Shown here one piece after another: positions 32,541 to 36,595 of a DNA stretch of 36,595 nucleotides (position 1 is its first letter; every line of letters starts with the position of its first letter). The position numbers were made by a program, and so were the translations under genes. The stretch is from assembly GCA_036351155.1 (NCBI GenBank), contig JAZBOO010000245.1, positions 1-36,595 of the forward strand. Reading direction: 5' to 3'. The notes beneath the pieces are model-generated. The model saw only the letters and a list, made by a program, of their open reading frames with translations, was not told the origin of the DNA and ran no database searches. Source of the stretch: Candidatus Krumholzibacteriia bacterium (GTDB taxonomy: Bacteria; Krumholzibacteriota; Krumholzibacteriia; LZORAL124-64-63).

Positions 32541-33452
32541 TCAGGATTTCTTGATCAGCCTCGTCGCCGCGGCCACCACGCCCCCCACATCGCTCAGATC
32601 GGTGGGGATGATCATGGTGTTGCTCTCCTTGGCCAGGTTGCCGAATTCCTTGATGTATTGCTCGGCCACCCGCAGGTTCACGGCGTCCGAGCCGCCAGGC
32701 ATCTCGATGGATTCGGCGATGTTCCGGATACCCGCAGCCGTGGCCCTGGCCACCAGCTCGATCTCCTGGGCGCGGCCTTCGGCCTCGTTGATCCGCTTCA
32801 GCTTTTCGCCCTCGGAGGTCAGGATCGCCCCCTGCTTTTTCCCCTCGGCCACGTTGATCTCGGCCTGGCGGGCTCCCTCGGACTCGGCAATGGTGGCGCG
32901 TTTCTCACGCTCGGCCCTCATCTGCTTTTCCAGGGCGTCGCGCACCGTCTGGGGAGGATGGATGTTCTTGATCTCGTAACGGGTGATCTTCACGCCCCAG
33001 GGGTCGCTGGCCTTGTCCACCGCCGCGATGATGGAGTGGTTGATGGCATCGCGCTCCTCGAAGGTGCGGTCCAGTTCCAGCTTGCCGATTTCCGAACGCA
33101 TGGTGGTCTGCGACAGCTGCGTGGAGGCGAACAGAAAGTTCTCGATGCCGTAGCTGGCCTTCACCGGATCAATGACCTGCAGGTAAAGCACGCCGTCCAC
33201 TTCCACGGCGATGTTGTCCCGGGTGATGCACGTCTGGGGCGGCACATCGACGGCCACCTCCTTCAGGCTGTGCTTGTACGAGACTCGGTCCAGAAACGGG
33301 GTCAGGATGTGAAATCCCGCATTCAGGGTGCGCGAGTACTTGCCCAGCCGTTCGACGATGTAGGCGCTCTTCTGGGGCACGATACGTGCGGTATTCAACA
33401 GGGTGATGATGATCAGGACCACCAGTCCCCCGGCAATGATCGTTCCGGCCAT
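32541..33452 (-). CDS. SPFH/band-7 (stomatin-like, QmcA/paraslipin) protein
   Basis: N-terminal TM; VERLGKY, CITRDN, QTTMRSEIG, WGVK.TRYEI and QMRAEREKRA. Confidence 0.95.
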   Translation of the reverse strand: MAGTIIAGGLVVLIIITLLNTARIVPQKSAYIVERLGKYSRTLNAGFHILTPFLDRVSYKHSLKEVAVDVPPQTCITRDNIAVEVDGVLYLQVIDPVKASYGIENFLFASTQLSQTTMRSEIGKLELDRTFEERDAINHSIIAAVDKASDPWGVKITRYEIKNIHPPQTVRDALEKQMRAEREKRATIAESEGARQAEINVAEGKKQGAILTSEGEKLKRINEAEGRAQEIELVARATAAGIRNIAESIEMPGGSDAVNLRVAEQYIKEFGNLAKESNTMIIPTDLSDVGGVVAAATRLIKKS

Positions 33453-33454
33453 GA

Positions 33455-33922
33455 CTAACCCTCCTCTTTGAGTATGGCGGGGCGCACCACCAGGGTGATG
33501 CCGTCCACGCTTTCTATGATGGCCCGGTCTCCCTCCGGGATGGCATGATCGGAGCGCGCTTTCCAGCGGGCGCCCTTGAACTCCACTTCGCCCTCGTCCC
33601 CGTCTGGCACGATGGCGTTGGTCACTTTCACTTTTTGTCCCCTGAACTCGTCGATGTTCTCGTCCAGGCCGTGATCATCGCCCACATAGCCGATGAACCG
33701 GTTGCGGAACCATTTGCGCAGCAACACCAGCAGCAGGACCGACGAGATGGCAAAAGTGAGCAGCTGGCTGGACCAGCCGGGGGTGATCCCCAGCCAGGAG
33801 GTGATGGCGGTGATCCAGGCGCCCATGCCAAAAAAGACCAGGATGATCCCCGGCAGCATGAACTCCAGAAGGACCAGGGCCAGGCCCACCAGAAACCAGA
33901 TCAATTCGGGGCTGAAGCTCAT
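33455..33922 (-). CDS. Short NfeD-family protein
   Basis: Three hydrophobic segments plus OB-fold G.VEFKGARWKARS..I.EG....I..VDGITLVV; canonical SPFH partner; RBS GGAGGAG before ATG 33922. Confidence 0.92.
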   Translation of the reverse strand: MSFSPELIWFLVGLALVLLEFMLPGIILVFFGMGAWITAITSWLGITPGWSSQLLTFAISSVLLLVLLRKWFRNRFIGYVGDDHGLDENIDEFRGQKVKVTNAIVPDGDEGEVEFKGARWKARSDHAIPEGDRAIIESVDGITLVVRPAILKEEG

Positions 33923-33999
33923 GGCAACTCCTCCGGCACAAATGAAGGCCAACAATCAATCCAGAGGAATTAACCCGCAGGAGCGAGTTTTATTCAACA

Positions 34000-34029
34000 G
34001 AAAACCGCCGCACTGGAGAGTGCGGCGGT
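34000..34029 (-). terminator. Intrinsic terminator after cheV
   Basis: ACCGCCGCACT-GGAG-AGTGCGGCGGT 11-bp stem, followed by TTTTC on the minus strand. Confidence 0.8.
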
Positions 34030-34053
34030 CATCGGTTGTTCCGGAAGAAAAAA

Positions 34054-35118
34054 TCAGGCCGTCGGGGCTGGCTCTTCCTTCAAGCAGTGGCGGTCCAGCA
34101 GCTCGATCAGCTTGCCGAACTGCGGCTTGCTGATGAAATCATCGGCGCCCACATTCTCGCATTTTCGCACGATCTGATCATTGATCAGTGACGAGAACAT
34201 GATCACGGGAATGTCGTTCAACTTCAGGCTCTCCTTGATGTTCCGGCACATGGCCAGGCCGTCCATCACCGGCATCTCGATATCGCTGATGACCCCGCTG
34301 AGATACTCCTGAATGGGGCGCCCTTCCTGCGTGGCCGTTTCCACCAGCGCCACGATGGCATCGAGGCATTCACGGCCGTTGGGGAAAGTGCGCAGCTTCA
34401 GGTAGCTGCCCTTCTTGAGTTCGCCTTCAACCTTGGCCGAAATGATGGCGGAGTCTTCGGCCAGGAAGATGACCTGTTCAGCACGGCGCTGGGCCAGAGG
34501 ATGGTCGGGGTCCTCGACCACCAGGTTGACGTCCAGGCCGCCCGGTAGAATCTCGGCCACCACTTTTTCCATGTCCACCAGGAGAATTTCCCGGTTCTCG
34601 ATCTGCAGGGAGCCCGTGAACTTGCTCTCGACCGAGGAGAGGAAGGGGCTCAGGCTGTTGATCGATTCCCAGCTGGTCCGGTGGATCCGGTTCACGCCGT
34701 CGACCAGGAAGGCCGTCTTCAGGTCATTGAATTCCATCACCAGGACCAGCCTGGTGGGGGGCTCTTCCTCGGTGCCGGCCGCCTCGGTCGTGTCTTCATC
34801 CACAGGGGCGGGCAAGGCCTCGTTCAGCTCGGGCGCCGTGACCGTGTCCACGGCCGCCTGGATCTCGTGATCCTCCACCGGCAGCACGGTGTCCATCTCC
34901 CGGGCCAGGTCCACCAGCGTGATGCAGTTGTCTCTGAACAGAAGGGTTCCCACCACCGCATCGTGGCAAAGCTGGATGTGTGTCACCCGGGAAGGGTCGA
35001 ATTGCTCGATGGCCTGGATTTTCAGGACGTTGACGCCGAAGGGCTGTCCACCGAGAACGAATTCCAGGATTTCCACCTCGTTGGTTCCCGATTCCAGGAG
35101 AATACTGTCGTTGGCCAT
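34054..35118 (-). CDS. cheV: Chemotaxis protein CheV (CheW plus receiver domain)
   Basis: ILLESGTNEVEILEF, FGVNVLK and FLVDGV.RIHR.SW (CheW part); AEDS, SDIEMP.MDG, FSSL and SKP (REC). Confidence 0.93.
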   Translation of the reverse strand: MANDSILLESGTNEVEILEFVLGGQPFGVNVLKIQAIEQFDPSRVTHIQLCHDAVVGTLLFRDNCITLVDLAREMDTVLPVEDHEIQAAVDTVTAPELNEALPAPVDEDTTEAAGTEEEPPTRLVLVMEFNDLKTAFLVDGVNRIHRTSWESINSLSPFLSSVESKFTGSLQIENREILLVDMEKVVAEILPGGLDVNLVVEDPDHPLAQRRAEQVIFLAEDSAIISAKVEGELKKGSYLKLRTFPNGRECLDAIVALVETATQEGRPIQEYLSGVISDIEMPVMDGLAMCRNIKESLKLNDIPVIMFSSLINDQIVRKCENVGADDFISKPQFGKLIELLDRHCLKEEPAPTA

Positions 35119-35152
35119 GCTCTTGCCTTCCTGATCCGATATGAGTTTTAGT

Positions 35153-35497
35153 TTAGCCTACCAGGTTCAACTTGTGCATCACGTCTTCCAGGAGGAAACC
35201 GTCCTCGCCGGCCAGATTCAGGAATCGGAAACCCGCCGTGAAATAGCTGGGATTCTGGTCATGATTGCAATAGACGACCTCGCAGGAAAGGTTGACGTCC
35301 GTCTTGTCTCGCGCCATGACGGGCAGGACAATCCGGAAGTCGAATTTCCGTCCAACTTGAAGCTGCTGCTGGCAGATGATCATCATGCCATCGGCCGTGA
35401 TATCCACCACACGCCCGACCACTCGCCCGCTTTCGTTGTCAATCACCTTGACGTGGTGAGGTGTGTTTTTTCTTGGCCTGCGTCGATGTTCCCTCAT
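35153..35497 (-). CDS. Single-domain PilZ protein (c-di-GMP receptor)
   Basis: RRRPR (RxxxR), then DITADG (variant of D/NxSxxG) and AGFRF. Confidence 0.88.
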   Translation of the reverse strand: MREHRRRPRKNTPHHVKVIDNESGRVVGRVVDITADGMMIICQQQLQVGRKFDFRIVLPVMARDKTDVNLSCEVVYCNHDQNPSYFTAGFRFLNLAGEDGFLLEDVMHKLNLVG

Positions 35498-35656
35498 GGG
35501 GGTCCTTTCAGGGAATGGGGGTTCACCCTTGGTTCAGCAATCTTTTCGGCCGATCAAGCGGTTCCTTGAGCGGGGAAATGCAATTTGCTCCGTTCAGGTC
35601 CCGCATGTATCATGCCGACCGGGATACAAATTTCGGGTCAGAGGAAATGAGGAACC

Positions 35657-36595
35657 ATGGATCAGAAATTCGACATCAGCGTCACCTCGGAAGTGGGACG
35701 GCTGCGCGGGGTCCTCTTGCACCAGCCGGGCCAGGAAGTGGCCAACATGACCCCGGAAACGGCCGAGAGGGCGCTTTATAGCGATATCCTCAACTTGACG
35801 GTGGCCCAGGAAGAGTATCGACAGCTCGAAGGAGTGCTGGCCAAGCGTTGTCGCGTGTTCCAGGTGACCGACCTGCTGACCGACATCTTGTCGAACAGCC
35901 GGGTCCGTTCAGGGCTGGTCCGGAGGATCTGTGAGGCCGAGGGCGCGCCGGAGATCGCCGATGTCCTGCTTGAAACCGAGCCCCCGGAGCTGGCCAGGTT
36001 CCTGATCCAGGGGGTGCCACTGGTGAAGGACAATCTCAGCCGCTTTCTCAGCAAGGACCGCTATTCGCTGCCGCCCCTGCACAATTTCTTCTTCACCCGG
36101 GACTCGGCGGTGGTGGTGCGGGATCGCGTGCTGATCAGCCGCATGGCCAACCCGGTGCGTGGGCGTGAAACCCGCATCGTCGAAAGCATTTTCGATTTTC
36201 ATCCCCTGTTCAATGCCCGGACGGTCAATCCGGCCAGGTTGGGCGGCGGCGGAGGACAGGTCACCATCGAAGGTGGCGATGTGCTGGTGGCGGCCGAGGA
36301 TATCCTGGTGGTCGGCATTGGCCAGCGGACGTCCTGTCGGGCGGTCGACTTTCTCATCGACCGGGTCAAGGATCTGGGGATCTGCCAGCATATCGTGGTG
36401 CAGTCCTTGCCCGAAAGTCCCGAGTCTTTCATCCACCTGGACATGGTCTTCACCTTGCTGGACCGCGATTCCTGCATGGTGTACGAGCCGGTGATCCTGC
36501 AGACCCACCACTTCGACACGGTGCACATCCACGTCGAGGGAGGCCAGGTGGTCAGTATCCGGGAAGAGGACACCATTCTGACCGCTCTGGCCAAG
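35657..36595 (+). CDS. arcA: Arginine deiminase (5' part; runs off window edge)
   Basis: Manual translation from ATG 35657: MDQKFDISVTSEVGRLRGVLLHQPGQE..TP..LYSDIL..AQEEY..PLHNFFFTRDS..IEGGDV..IGQRT..FIHLDMVFT. Confidence 0.93.
   Translation, partial: MDQKFDISVTSEVGRLRGVLLHQPGQEVANMTPETAERALYSDILNLTVAQEEYRQLEGVLAKRCRVFQVTDLLTDILSNSRVRSGLVRRICEAEGAPEIADVLLETEPPELARFLIQGVPLVKDNLSRFLSKDRYSLPPLHNFFFTRDSAVVVRDRVLISRMANPVRGRETRIVESIFDFHPLFNARTVNPARLGGGGGQVTIEGGDVLVAAEDILVVGIGQRTSCRAVDFLIDRVKDLGICQHIVVQSLPESPESFIHLDMVFTLLDRDSCMVYEPVILQTHHFDTVHIHVEGGQVVSIREEDTILTALAK

Noticed and set aside
1..36595. CRISPR array, rRNA/tRNA, transposase, integrase, prophage or defence genes
   Set aside because: No regularly spaced repeats, RNA-gene signatures or mobile/defence protein motifs were seen by eye. 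A tRNAscan/Infernal run would be needed to exclude small RNAs formally.

Overview
High-GC bacterial chromosomal window with 37 credible CDSs (two cut by the window edges). I found no rRNA, tRNA, CRISPR array or mobile element. The gene content (FlgD-Ig C-terminal domain, PorV/PorQ-like barrel, Bacteroides-type serine palmitoyltransferase, GT9 LPS transferase) suggests a diderm FCB-group organism such as Ca. Krumholzibacteriota/Latescibacterota; this is inference only. Most genes are housekeeping: AmmeMemoRadiSam A/B, STAS, NUDIX, Mrp/ApbC, two PTS EIIA, rsgA, GT9, site-2 protease, HU/IHF, an ltaE-trkA-trkH-nadE-rsmI-CDP-alcohol phosphotransferase-tmk-ctpA run, NfeD/SPFH, PilZ-cheV and arcA. 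The standout is a tightly packed five-gene operon of exported proteins at 6680-15713. It encodes (i) a tandem lamin-tail-like repeat protein with a FlgD-Ig tail, (ii) a PorV/PorQ-like barrel, (iii) a large outer-membrane barrel fused to two ComEA-type helix-hairpin-helix modules, (iv) a FadL-like barrel and (v) a 5'-nucleotidase. I read it as a candidate extracellular-DNA/nucleotide capture and import system. Also notable: a D2-only Clp ATPase that keeps its IGF loop and sits behind a perfect AT-rich palindrome, and a pair of FN3-like lipoproteins behind a consensus sigma54 promoter, separated by a multi-stem, GAAA-tetraloop intergenic element. All calls come from motif recognition by eye; no database searches were run.
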